The notes beneath the pieces were generated by a model, which worked only from the letters and a program-made list of their open reading frames with translations, was not told the DNA's origin and searched no databases. From contig JANNUT010000137.1 in NCBI GenBank assembly GCA_031395565.1, positions 11,252 through 75,251 on the forward strand: a stretch of 64,000 nucleotides of DNA, read 5' to 3'. Positions within the stretch are counted from its first letter, which is position 1; each line of letters opens with the position of its first letter. The position numbers and the translations under genes were made by a program. Positions 46,469 through 55,900 of the stretch are shown piece after piece. The stretch is from Acidobacteriota bacterium (GTDB taxonomy: Bacteria > Acidobacteriota > Polarisedimenticolia > J045).

Positions 46469-48282
46469 AACCCTCTCGGTTCCTGCCCCTCGCCGCACTG
46501 ATCTCGACGTGTTTGGCTTGTGCTCCGGAGCTCAAGCAAGAACTGACACTGGCGGTCGATGAGATGGGCGGCGCTGACGCGGCGATTAGCGCCGATGGCA
46601 AGCGGGTAATCACCTCCTCTCTGCGAAGCGGCAATTGGGAGCTCTGGATTTATGAGCTGGCCTCCGGATCCTGGACGCAGTTGACGTTCGATCCGGCAGA
46701 GGATATCGAGGGCAAGTTCTCGCCCGATGGTGAACGTGTCGTCTTCACTTCGACTCGTACCGGCAACAAGGATCTGTGGCTGCTTGACGTCGCCAAGAAC
46801 CGTTTAACACAACTCACCGATGACCCTGAGGATGATGAGTACCCGGCGTGGTCCGCGGACGGTGAGTCGATCGTGTTCACCGGTGGGGCCTGGAAGCAGC
46901 GGGATTTTTTCTTGATCGCTGCCGACGGCAGTGCACGTCGGCGTGTGTCTCGTAAGAGCGGGTGGGCGGGCGCGTGTGCGTTCGAGCAAAGCGGTGAGTC
47001 GATCGTATGTCATCGCTACGACAACGGTTCCGGTGACATCGTGCGCATCCACGTGGACGATGGTCGCGAGGAGTTGTTGACCTCTGACTCTGCTTGGGAC
47101 TACAAGCCAGCAGTAGCGCCCGACGGGTCGATCGCTTTTTCTCGCAGTACTGAAGGCTCTTCGGCGATCTGGATGAGAACCCTCGATGGCAGTGTGAGTC
47201 CGCTGACGGTGACCACACAAGAAGATCGTTGGCCAATGTGGAGCGACGACGGCAAGAAACTGTTCTACCACCGGCTGATTGATCGCGGACTCGGAGTCTA
47301 TCGCCTTGATCTCGTGACGGGCAAGCGAGAAAAACTCATCGACGCCATTGAATCGCCGCAGCAGGCGGATCTCGATCCGACAGGAAATCGACTCGCGTAC
47401 TGTGCCGACGTTGGCGAGCGGTGGGTGTTGCGAGTCAAGGATCTGACGAGCGGAACGACCACAGAGATACTGTCGGAGTTTGCCAGTGCATGCTACCCAC
47501 GGTGGTCTCCAGATGGGGACGAGCTAGCGTTCGTCGCGCGCCGCGAGGCTTCCGCTCGCTGGGAAATCGGTGTGCTCGACACCCGTTCTGGGGAACAACG
47601 CTTTCTCACCGAGGAGTATCCGCTCCTACGCGGCCTCGATGGGCCGATCGACTGGACGATCGATGGCAGGCAAATCCTCTTCCAGTCGGACACGCTCCCG
47701 TTTGCGGCACGACTCTATGCCGTCGATACGCGATCGCGCACTCTAACGCCGATCACCCCCGATGGTGATTTCGATGAGGCACCACGTATCTCGCCGGATG
47801 GTAAACACGTGTTGTTCATGTCGACACGCGGCGGGGGATGGACTTGGTCGCTCTATCAGGTCGGCCTCAGTGACGGTGCGCTCTCCCCGCTGACTGCGGC
47901 CGACTACGAGGAGAAGAACTACCCCACACGAGTGGCGGACGGTAGCCTCTACTTTACCTGCGCAGATGCACGAGGCCGGCCGATGCTTGTGCACCAGGGG
48001 ACGCACGGCAAGCGCGAGTTTCTTGTTGCTGCAGGCGACGGGGTGCGGTGGCCGTCAATCACGCGCGACGGGCGTTTCGCCTTGTTCACGTTGATGGAGC
48101 ACCGTGTAGAATTCCGCCTGAAAACACAGGTCCAGCAGAACCCAACATCCCCGTCGACGCTCGGTCATCCGAAGGTCGCTTACGACGCGCCAGCAACAGA
48201 GTCCGCCGCGGGACACGAAAGGCCGGTCGCGCCAGGTGTGACAGCACGCCAGCCAAGTCCGGTGGACCATGAGCACCGCTGA
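46465..48282 (+). CDS. TolB-like PD40/WD40 beta-propeller lipoprotein
   Basis: ATG at 46465 overlaps the MFS stop (ATGA). Lipobox LISTCLAC. About 8 PD40-type units (FSPDGERVVFTSTRTGNKDLWLLD, WSADGESIVF, VAPDGSIAFSR, WSPDGDELAFVAR, ISPDGKHVLFMSTRGG...). The 46204 start in the ORF track is an in-frame extension inside the MFS gene. Confidence 0.75.
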   Translation: MKPSRFLPLAALISTCLACAPELKQELTLAVDEMGGADAAISADGKRVITSSLRSGNWELWIYELASGSWTQLTFDPAEDIEGKFSPDGERVVFTSTRTGNKDLWLLDVAKNRLTQLTDDPEDDEYPAWSADGESIVFTGGAWKQRDFFLIAADGSARRRVSRKSGWAGACAFEQSGESIVCHRYDNGSGDIVRIHVDDGREELLTSDSAWDYKPAVAPDGSIAFSRSTEGSSAIWMRTLDGSVSPLTVTTQEDRWPMWSDDGKKLFYHRLIDRGLGVYRLDLVTGKREKLIDAIESPQQADLDPTGNRLAYCADVGERWVLRVKDLTSGTTTEILSEFASACYPRWSPDGDELAFVARREASARWEIGVLDTRSGEQRFLTEEYPLLRGLDGPIDWTIDGRQILFQSDTLPFAARLYAVDTRSRTLTPITPDGDFDEAPRISPDGKHVLFMSTRGGGWTWSLYQVGLSDGALSPLTAADYEEKNYPTRVADGSLYFTCADARGRPMLVHQGTHGKREFLVAAGDGVRWPSITRDGRFALFTLMEHRVEFRLKTQVQQNPTSPSTLGHPKVAYDAPATESAAGHERPVAPGVTARQPSPVDHEHR

Positions 48283-49201
48283 CACATGTAAGACGCCGCC
48301 CGGCGGGCGGCACCGACAGCCGACGCAGCCAACGACACGCCGAGAACTCATGATGAGGGTGCTCTCGAGTTGGTCGATAGTGATCGGTGTCACCGGCGTA
48401 CTTCTGTCGCTCTGGATACTAGGCACGTCGTGGCACCCAGTTGCGTGGCGTTGGGAACAGGACGTTATGCCTGGGCCTTGGGACAACGTTTCTGGACTCT
48501 CTTTTGATGGTGAGCGGCTATGGATCACGATCGAGGGGGAACACCGAATACGGTACGTCGATCCGGCCACAGGCACGACGCTCCGTACGATCCCATTCCC
48601 GGCAGAGGCGACGGGCGGAAGTGCCTGGGACGGGAAGTGGTTGTGGCAGCTCGCTTGGATGGAGCGGCGGATCTACCAAATTGACCCGGCAGACGGGAAG
48701 ATTCTAGCTACGTTCCCGTCTCCGGGTGAAGGAATGTGCAGCGGCACGGCGTTCGATGGTCGATATCTGTGGGTCGCCAACTGGGTTGAGTCGCGCGTGT
48801 ACTGCATTGACCAGCAGGATGGCGGCAGAGTGATCCGTTACCTGCGCGGTGACAAGGAGACCGCGGGCATTGCCTGGGACGGCACGTCACTCTGGGTGGG
48901 CGTCCTAGTCGGTACCGAGAGCCACGACGAGGCGCCTCCGTTCACAGGGTTCGTCCAGGAACTAGATATCGTTAACGGCGAGGCTGCACGAGTGGTGCCG
49001 GTCCACGGCGTCGGACCGGGCTGTACCGACTGGACGCCGGGCTCGCGTCGATCGAGTCGGATGTGGTGGTATGACCACTTCAACAAGCGGATCGTGGTGA
49101 TCCGATTCCGTACAGAAGGTGTGGGAACGCGACGCGCGGGGGCGCTCTTGCTCTTCGCGACAAGCGGATTGGTGATTCTCGCGAGGCGGCGATCGAACTG
49201 A
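48269..49201 (+). CDS. Membrane-anchored beta-propeller-like protein (glutaminyl-cyclase-like repeats, tentative)
   Basis: Repeats GLSFDGERLWITIEG..IRYVDPATG, GSAWDGKWLWQLAW..RIYQIDPADG, GTAFDGRYLWVANW..RVYCIDQQDG, GIAWDGTSLWVG. TM segment WSIVIGVTGVLLSLWILG and a C-terminal hydrophobic tail. Alternative start at 48350. Confidence 0.55.
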   Translation: MSTADTCKTPPGGRHRQPTQPTTRRELMMRVLSSWSIVIGVTGVLLSLWILGTSWHPVAWRWEQDVMPGPWDNVSGLSFDGERLWITIEGEHRIRYVDPATGTTLRTIPFPAEATGGSAWDGKWLWQLAWMERRIYQIDPADGKILATFPSPGEGMCSGTAFDGRYLWVANWVESRVYCIDQQDGGRVIRYLRGDKETAGIAWDGTSLWVGVLVGTESHDEAPPFTGFVQELDIVNGEAARVVPVHGVGPGCTDWTPGSRRSSRMWWYDHFNKRIVVIRFRTEGVGTRRAGALLLFATSGLVILARRRSN

Positions 49202-49390
49202 GGTGAAAAGCAACTCGAGGAAACTCGAACGGGACGATCTCGCACGCCGGGCACCGTTGCTTGGGCGCCACGAAGAGGGCGAACCGTCATGCGCCGTTCT
49301 TTCAGGTCTGCATCGCGTTGCCTCGTCCCTTTTGCTACCGAACGGGTGGGGTTGCCTGACCGTATTTGTTACCGGAGACGGGAGGTGAGC

Positions 49391-49508
49391 ATGAGCCATG
49401 CGATCAGCAGGGAGTCGCGGAGGGAGTTGATCGAAGCGGTTGAGATCGGCATCGGACTGGAGGTCGTGCCGAGAAGCGTGGGATTCGCGATGAGTTCGTC
49501 GCGGTAAC
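49391..49508 (+). pseudogene. N-terminal fragment of a DDE/rve-type IS transposase (frameshifted, truncated)
   Basis: MSHAISRESRRELIEAV, then after a 1-nt frame change DRHRTGGRAEKRGIRDEFVAVTG. This resembles the ..RRELV.AV..RY....EK..ILDEFV..TG N-terminus I associate with some integrase-core IS transposases. It is cut off where the RT fragment begins. Confidence 0.35.
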
Positions 49509-50200
49509 AGGGCGGAATCGTTTCACTCCTCTTGGCGAGTCATTTCTTGCAATACGCGTTCGACATGTGGATCCAGAGGGGGTTTCCGCACGTGCCGTTC
49601 GAGAGGTATGCGGACGATGCCCTCGTACACTGCCACAGCGAACGCCAAGCCCGCATGGTGCTGGCGGCCATCCGAAAGCGGTTCGAGCAGTGCGGTCTGG
49701 GGCTTCATCCGAATGAGACCCGGATCGTCTACTGCAAGGACGATGATCGGCACGGGGAACACGAACACATTGCGTTCGATTTCCTCGGTTACACCTTCTA
49801 ACCTCGACGAGCGAGAAACCGGTGGGGTCAGTGCTTCGTGGGTTTCCTTGCGGCGAACAGTACCAAGGCGGCCAAGTCGATTCGTGCGACGATCCGAGAG
49901 TGGTGGGTTGCCTTTACGAGGAACAACCCTTCGATCGGGGATCTGGCACGTCTCGTCAACCCGGTGGTGCAAGGCTGGATGAACTACTACGGACGCTTCT
50001 GCCGATCGAGGCGCATCCAAGTCCTGCGACATATCCATGCGGCCCTCGCAGCATGGGCTCGAAGGAAGTTCAATAGGTTTCGTCGTCGAGAACGCGCATC
50101 AGTGCACTGGTTGGGCGGAGTTGCGAGACTCGCGCCTGCCCTCTTCGCACATTGGCGTTTTGGCGCGACGCCTGCGGCCGAGTTCGGAAGTGCGGGATGA
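49508..50200 (+). mobile_element. Group II intron reverse transcriptase/maturase, 5'-truncated and carrying an in-frame TAA (pseudogene)
   Basis: QGGIVSLLLASHFLQYAFDMWIQRGFPHVPFERYADDALVHC...GLGLHPNETRIVYC...FDFLGYTF*PRRARNRWGQCFVGFLAANSTKAAKSIRATIREW...VVQGWMNYYGRF. These are RT domains 4-7 (YADD) plus maturase X (GW.NYY). RT domains 0-3 are missing. In-frame TAA at 49799-49801. Confidence 0.8.
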
Positions 50201-50269
50201 GGCGAGAGTCTCACGTCCGGTTCTTTGAGGGCCCGAGGGTGAGATCTCCTCGGGCTACTCGACTCATCG

Positions 50270-50420
50270 TTCTTTGTCGCAGAGATGCTGCACAGGTCCT
50301 GACAGTCGTCCGCGGCTGAATAACGCAAATGGGTCTGGCCCTGAATGAGGCCCAGACGAGCGTGCGTGATGCTGGATGCGAGTACTTCGACCTTCTTGGG
50401 TACAGCTTCGGTCGTAACTA
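50270..50420 (+). mobile_element. Second, unrelated group II intron/retroelement RT fragment
   Basis: LIVLCRRDAAQVLTVVRG*ITQMGLALNEAQTSVRDAGCEYFDLLGYSFG has the (YADD)F.ILCR....A......L..LGL.LN..KT.....FDFLGY.F layout of RT domains 5-7, with an in-frame TGA. It is not identical to the first fragment. Confidence 0.5.
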
Positions 50421-50985
50421 CTCGGGTGCTGGTCTTTCATCGCGTTATCCGCTGCTGCCGATGGATTCTCCAAACTTGCTCAACACCTCGTGGTGGAGCC
50501 ACCCCAAGGATCGATTTATCCTCGCCGTCTCCTCGGAGTTGGCCGACCATCCGGATGTCTTGCTTACAGAGCTCCTGCATCGAAAGGGAACCTTCGTTTA
50601 TCGATCGCTGTGACCTGCGCTGCTCGCTGTAGGTTCCGCTCGCGAATCCTGGCAACTGCCGGGCCTGTCGGCCCCTACCTCGAACCTGCTCGAGCGCATC
50701 GACGGCGGCGACGGTCCACTCCTCGAAGCGGGAGCAGCCGTGAAGGAGCTCGAAGGACGCATTCTCGCAGTGGTTCGCGAGATCCACACGAATCCGGGCC
50801 GGCACGCCATGGCGTCGAGTCCTGGCTGAGTGGTCAAAGCGAGTAGGTTGCGTTGCCATCGAATCGATACCGAAAGCCAAGCAGATCCTCGAACAGGCAG
50901 CAATGAAACTTGGCGCGCCTCTCAGAGCCTTGTCTTGGCTCGCGTGAGCGCCGGAAAGTGATCGATGAGCACCTGCCGCGCACCG

Positions 50986-51690
50986 TTACGTGCTGCCCAG
51001 AAAAATCACGTGACGCGGCCCGCCCTTCCTCAAGCGAGCGCGCACGCGCTGCACCTCCACGGCAAGTCCAGCGTAACGAAGCCGCTGCTCGAACTTGCGA
51101 TCCTCGCGCGCTGACCACACCGCCATCACGCCGCCGTCGGTGAGCGCCTTGCGAATGGTGGCCAGGCCCGCATCGCCGTAGAGCCACGCGTTGCTCGACG
51201 TCGTAAACGCGTCAGGTCCGTTGTCGATGTCGAGCAGCACAGCATCGAAGCGCTGCTGCGACGCACGTAGCAGCGCCGCGACATCGCCCACCTCCACCTG
51301 CACGCGCCGATCCTTCAACGGATGGTTGGCGAGTGGGCCGAGAATCCTGCGGTTCCACTCCACCACGCCCGGCACCAACTCTGCGACCACCACGGTGGAC
51401 GATGCAGGCAGCACGTCCAGCGTGGCCCGCAGCGTGAAGCCCATCCCTAAGCCACCGACGAGCACCACGGCAGCTGCTTGAGTGCGCGCCCGCTGACATG
51501 CCACTGAGGCAAGCGCTTCCTCCGAGCCATGCATCCGGCTCGACATTAGCGGCTTGCCACCGGCGAGAATCAAGTACTCGCTCGACTGGCGCATGAGCGC
51601 CATGTCATCGCCGTCGGGTGTTGTTGTTTGGCCCAGCAGTTCCCAGGGGATCATTTGCGTGGGAGGGAGCATATCGCAGCGCTGTTGCAA
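50986..51690 (-). CDS. Spermidine-synthase-like SAM-dependent methyltransferase-fold protein
   Basis: 234-aa ORF: VLVGGLGMGFTLRATLDVLP...VVVAELVPGVVEWNR...RVQVEVGDVAALL...FDAVLLDIDNGP, typical of spermine/spermidine synthase-like proteins. Confidence 0.6.
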   Translation of the reverse strand: MQQRCDMLPPTQMIPWELLGQTTTPDGDDMALMRQSSEYLILAGGKPLMSSRMHGSEEALASVACQRARTQAAAVVLVGGLGMGFTLRATLDVLPASSTVVVAELVPGVVEWNRRILGPLANHPLKDRRVQVEVGDVAALLRASQQRFDAVLLDIDNGPDAFTTSSNAWLYGDAGLATIRKALTDGGVMAVWSAREDRKFEQRLRYAGLAVEVQRVRARLRKGGPRHVIFLGST

Positions 51691-51811
51691 ACGAGCCCTC
51701 CCAGTGCGGGCCTTGGGGGCACGCGCTCGCCGATCGCGAGACGGCCCGAAGCATTTTTGTGCGCATCAGGACGCACCTCGTAGCGCCTGAACCAGCGAGT
51801 ACCCCACGACC

Positions 51812-52255
51812 TTGAAACGCATCCTCGTATACAGCGTGATCGGCGGAGTCCTGATCGCGTTGCTGCGGTTGATCGAGTACCAGTACTTCGTCCGGGCCTA
51901 CCCGGCGGAGGTCTACGGCGGCTTGTTGGCCGTGATCTTCACCGCAGTCGGGGCATACCTCGGGCTGAAGTGGACCCGGTCGAAGGAAACGATCGTCGTG
52001 AAGGAGGTCCGCGTCCGGGACGAGGGCCCCTTCGTTTTGAACACGCAGTCGCTGCGGGATCTGGGGATCACGGCGCGGGAGCACGAGATCGTCGGCCTGA
52101 TCGCACAAGGGCTTACCAATCGGGAAATCGGCGAGAAGCTGTTTGTGTCGGAGAACACAGTCAAGACCCACTCGGCTCGCCTGTTCGAGAAGCTGGGTGT
52201 CAATCGCAGAGTCCAGGCCGTCCAAGAGGCGAGGCGTCGCGGACTGATTCCGTAA
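51812..52255 (+). CDS. Membrane-anchored LuxR-family (HTH) transcriptional regulator
   Basis: Two N-terminal TM helices, then LGITAREHEIVGLIAQGLTNREIGEKLFVSENTVKTHSARLFEKLGV (LuxR/GerE HTH). TTG start as listed; the exact start is uncertain. Confidence 0.7.
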   Translation: MKRILVYSVIGGVLIALLRLIEYQYFVRAYPAEVYGGLLAVIFTAVGAYLGLKWTRSKETIVVKEVRVRDEGPFVLNTQSLRDLGITAREHEIVGLIAQGLTNREIGEKLFVSENTVKTHSARLFEKLGVNRRVQAVQEARRRGLIP

Positions 52256-52365
52256 TTCGCGGTCACCCAAAGTATGAATTGCGCGAAAACAGCCCCAAAT
52301 CACCCGAACGTATGACGACAAACAACAGGCCTCTGCCCTAGTCTGCCGCCCGAAAGGGGATAGAG

Positions 52366-52898
52366 ATGAGAAAGATCGTACTGACGTTTGGACTGATCGC
52401 CGGCGGCATCTTCGCAGCGATGATGGCGATCGCGATGCCGCTGACCGGGGGCGGAACGATCAACTTCGACAATGCCGAGATCATTGGCTACTCGTCGATG
52501 GTGCTGGCGTTCCTAATGGTGTTTCTTGGGATCCGGTCGTACCGCGAGAATATCGGTGGCGGCTCGATCACGTTTGGCAAAGGGTTTCAGTTGGGATTCT
52601 CGTGAGTCTGGTCGCCTGTGCCGTCTATATCCTCTCGTGGGAAATCGTGTACTACGGCTTCATGCCCGACTTCGCCGACAAGTACGGGGCTCACATGATC
52701 GAAACAATGCGAGCCAAAGGGGAAACACAGGCGGTGATCGACGCGGCGACGAAAGAGATGCTGCGGTTCAAGGAGCTTTACGCCAACCCATTCTTCAACG
52801 TCGGAATGACGTTCATGGAAGTGTTCCCGATTGGTTTGGTGGTGACGCTGGTCTCGGCCGGGATCCTGAGGAAGAAGCCGTCGCAGGCTAGGGCCTAG
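52366..52898 (+). pseudogene. DUF4199-like small membrane protein split by a 1-nt frameshift near 52585-52600
   Basis: ORF 52366-52605 (MRKIVLTFGLIAGGIFAAMM...SYRENIGGGSITFGKGFQLGFS*) and ORF 52602-52898 (SLVACAVYILSWEIVYYGFMPDFADKY...). The second frame is open upstream as VSVGILVSLVACAV, so one indel joins the two halves into a single ~175-aa membrane protein. Confidence 0.6.
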
Positions 52899-52951
52899 CC
52901 GCCGCAATTCCGCTGCTAAAGCGCCGGCCAGCCGCAGTAAACTCGCGGCCT

Positions 52952-55900
52952 ATGTCGCCCAGCGAAGACGAGACCCGCCACCGCTATCCGCTGCCACCCA
53001 GCGACCCTCCCAACACGGGCGACGCGGACGAGACGCGATTGCACACGGGGCCCGGCGCCACGCCGGGCCCATCAACGCACCCGCTGCCCAAGACGATCGG
53101 CCGTTACCGGATCCTGCGTAAGCTCGGTGAAGGCGGGATGGGAGTCGTCTACGAGGCCGAGCAAGAAAACCCGCAGCGCAAGGTTGCCGTCAAGGTAGTC
53201 AAGGGCGGCCGGATGATCGACCAGTCGCAGGTGCGAATGTTCCAGCGTGAGGTCGACACGCTGGCTCGATTGAGCCACCCCGACATTGGCGGGATTTTCG
53301 AGTCGGGCTGTACCGAAGACGGTCTGCACTTCTTCGCCATGGAACTGATCTATGGCAAGACGCTCGATGTCTATCTCAACGATCGTACGGCGCCCCTCGA
53401 CGCTGCTGAGATTCGCTTTCGACTGACGCTGTTTCACAAGATCGCCGACGCGGTGCACTACGCCCATCAGCGCGGCGTGATTCATCGCGATCTGAAACCT
53501 TCGAACATCATCGTTACCGAAGCCGGCGGAACACGGGAGAACAGCGGATCACTGGCGGCCCTGCCGGTGATACAGCTTCCCGGGATCAAGATCCTCGACT
53601 TCGGCCTGGCTCGCATTACCGAGGGAGACATCGACAACGCGTCGATGGCGACCGAGGTCGGCGTGATCAAGGGGACGCTGGCCTATATGTCGCCCGAGCA
53701 GGCGGTGGGCCGGTCGGAAGAGATCGACGTGCGCACCGATGTCTACGCGCTGGGGATCATTCTGTTCGAGATGCTCAGCGGGCAGCGCCCCTACGACGTA
53801 TCGCAGCGCTCGCTGCCCGACGCGATCCGCGTGATCGCCGAAACGCGCCCGCAGTCGTTGCGTGCTGCCAACTCCAAGCTCGCCTCGCTGGATGCCGACA
53901 TCGAAACGATCGTGCAGAAGGCGTTGGAGAAAGAAGTCGATCGGCGCTACGACAGCGCTGCGGAACTGTCGGGCGATGTCGTGCGCTACCTCACCTCGCA
54001 GCCGATCCTCGCGCGTCCGCCCAGCACCGTTTATCAACTGCGCAAACTGGTCAGCCGGCATCGCGTGCCGGCCGCATTGGTCGGGCTGATGCTCGCGCTG
54101 CTGGTGGTGTTTGCCGTGGGGATGAGCTTTTTGTACAACAGGGCGTCGACCGCAGAACACAAGGCGACGCGTGAGGCCAAGACAGCGACGCAAGCGTTGA
54201 AGTTTATGACCGGGATGTTCGAAGGGGTGGATCCGAGTCATGCACTTGGAAACGTGATCACGGCGCGCGAGGTGCTCGATCGTGGTGCCAAGCAGGTCAA
54301 GGAGGAACTCGCGGCAGAACCGGAGATTCGATCGTCGCTGATGGTCACCATGGGGCAAGTCTACGGCAGCCTTGGTCTTGACTCGGTGGCAAAGCCGCTG
54401 CTCGATGAAGCGCTCGCACGACGTCGCGAGTTGTTTGGCGACGCGGACGAGCGAACCTTGGAATCTGCCGCTGCGTTGGCGAAGAACCTGCTTCAGTTAG
54501 GCGACTTTCTCAAGGCCACGACACTGATGGAATCGTCGCTGTCGCCCTTCGACCGCAAGAAAGGCGCGAAGTCGCAATTCGAGCTCGCGGCGCGCACCAC
54601 GCTGGCCGATTGCTATCGAAACTTGGGACGTCGCGAGGATGCCAAGCGCGTCTACCTGGAGACGCTTGCCGAGCAACGCGCGACGCTGGGCAACGAGGAC
54701 TCCGACACTCTTCGTACGATCACCAACCTTTCGATCGTATACGCCGACAAGGGGGAGTACCCCGAAGCAGAGAAGCTCAATCAGGAGGTGCTCGCGGTGC
54801 AGGTCGCCAAGCATGGTCAAGATCACCCCGAGACTTTGGCGGCCAAGGTCGATCTCGCGCTCTTGTATTCCGAGCAAGGCCGCTTTGACGATGCCAGGAA
54901 GTTGCTTCAGGAAACGATCGCGAGTTGCACACGCGTCGCGGGCCCCGAGCATCGGGACACACTTGTTGCCTTAGGCAACTATTCCGTCTTGCTGCAGTCG
55001 GAGGGCAAGTTCGACGACGCGATGAAGGTCAACGACAAGGTGTTGGAGATTCAAACTCGCACGCTTGGTCCACGGCACCCGGCAACACTGCTCACGAAGA
55101 ACAACCGCGTTGGGTTGCTCCAAGCCAAGGAGCAGTACAAAGAGGCCGACGCACTTGTCCACGAACTCTATGAGGATGTCTCGCAAGTTCTCGGGCCCGA
55201 CCACACCACCACACTTCTGCTCGCTAACAACAAGGCCATGAGCGAATTCCATCTGGGAAGGTACGAGGAGGCCGAGCGACAACTGAAGGCGTTGTACGAA
55301 ACGTATCTGCGGCTGTACGGCAACGACAGTCCATGGACGGCAAATGTTCACGAGAATTACGCCAACGCGCTCTATCGCCTCGGCCGCATTGACGAGGTGC
55401 TGACGATCGTGCGCGATGTGCTGGATGTCCGCACACGCGCGCTCGGCGAGAGTCATCCTGCCACTTCGAGAACGCGTTCTAACCTTGCGGTGGTGTTAAA
55501 GAGTCAAGGGAAGTTCGAGGAATCGCAAAAGATTCTGGAGTCTGAGCTGAAGCTGCAACTTGGCATAGTTGGGCCTGATCATGTTGACGTCGGGTCAGTC
55601 AGACTCAGCCTGGCCTCGGCACTGATTGGACAGAAGAGATATGACGAGGCGCTCGTACACCTGCGCGAGGCGCTTCGTATCCAACGCAAGGCCTTCAACC
55701 AGCGCGAAGGTCCGGTGGCCGCGACCCTCAAGGAACTCGCCGTCACTCTTTGGCGAGCGAGACAGTTGCCCGAGGCCGAGAAGACAATCGACGAATCGTT
55801 GGCGATCCGCCGCGAGAAACTCGGTAACGACGACCCCGATACGCTCTCATCGCTGTATTCGCAGGCCCAGATCGTGGCGGCTGCGGGACGAAACGAGGAA

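Noticed and set aside
50231-50255. Perfect 8-bp hairpin GCCCGAGG/CCTCGGGC considered as group II intron domain VI
   Set aside because: It has no bulged branch-point A, and the segment also reads as part of the second RT fragment's coding frame (..PRVRSPRATRLIVLCRR..). The structure may be coincidental.
51605-52321. 238-aa minus-strand ORF
   Set aside because: It is antisense to the LuxR-family gene, whose GerE-type HTH is clear on the plus strand.
53549-54358. 269-aa minus-strand ORF inside the Ser/Thr kinase gene; also 54497-54952 and 54971-55456 (-)
   Set aside because: They are antisense to a gene with canonical Hanks kinase motifs and TPR repeats and have no motifs of their own.
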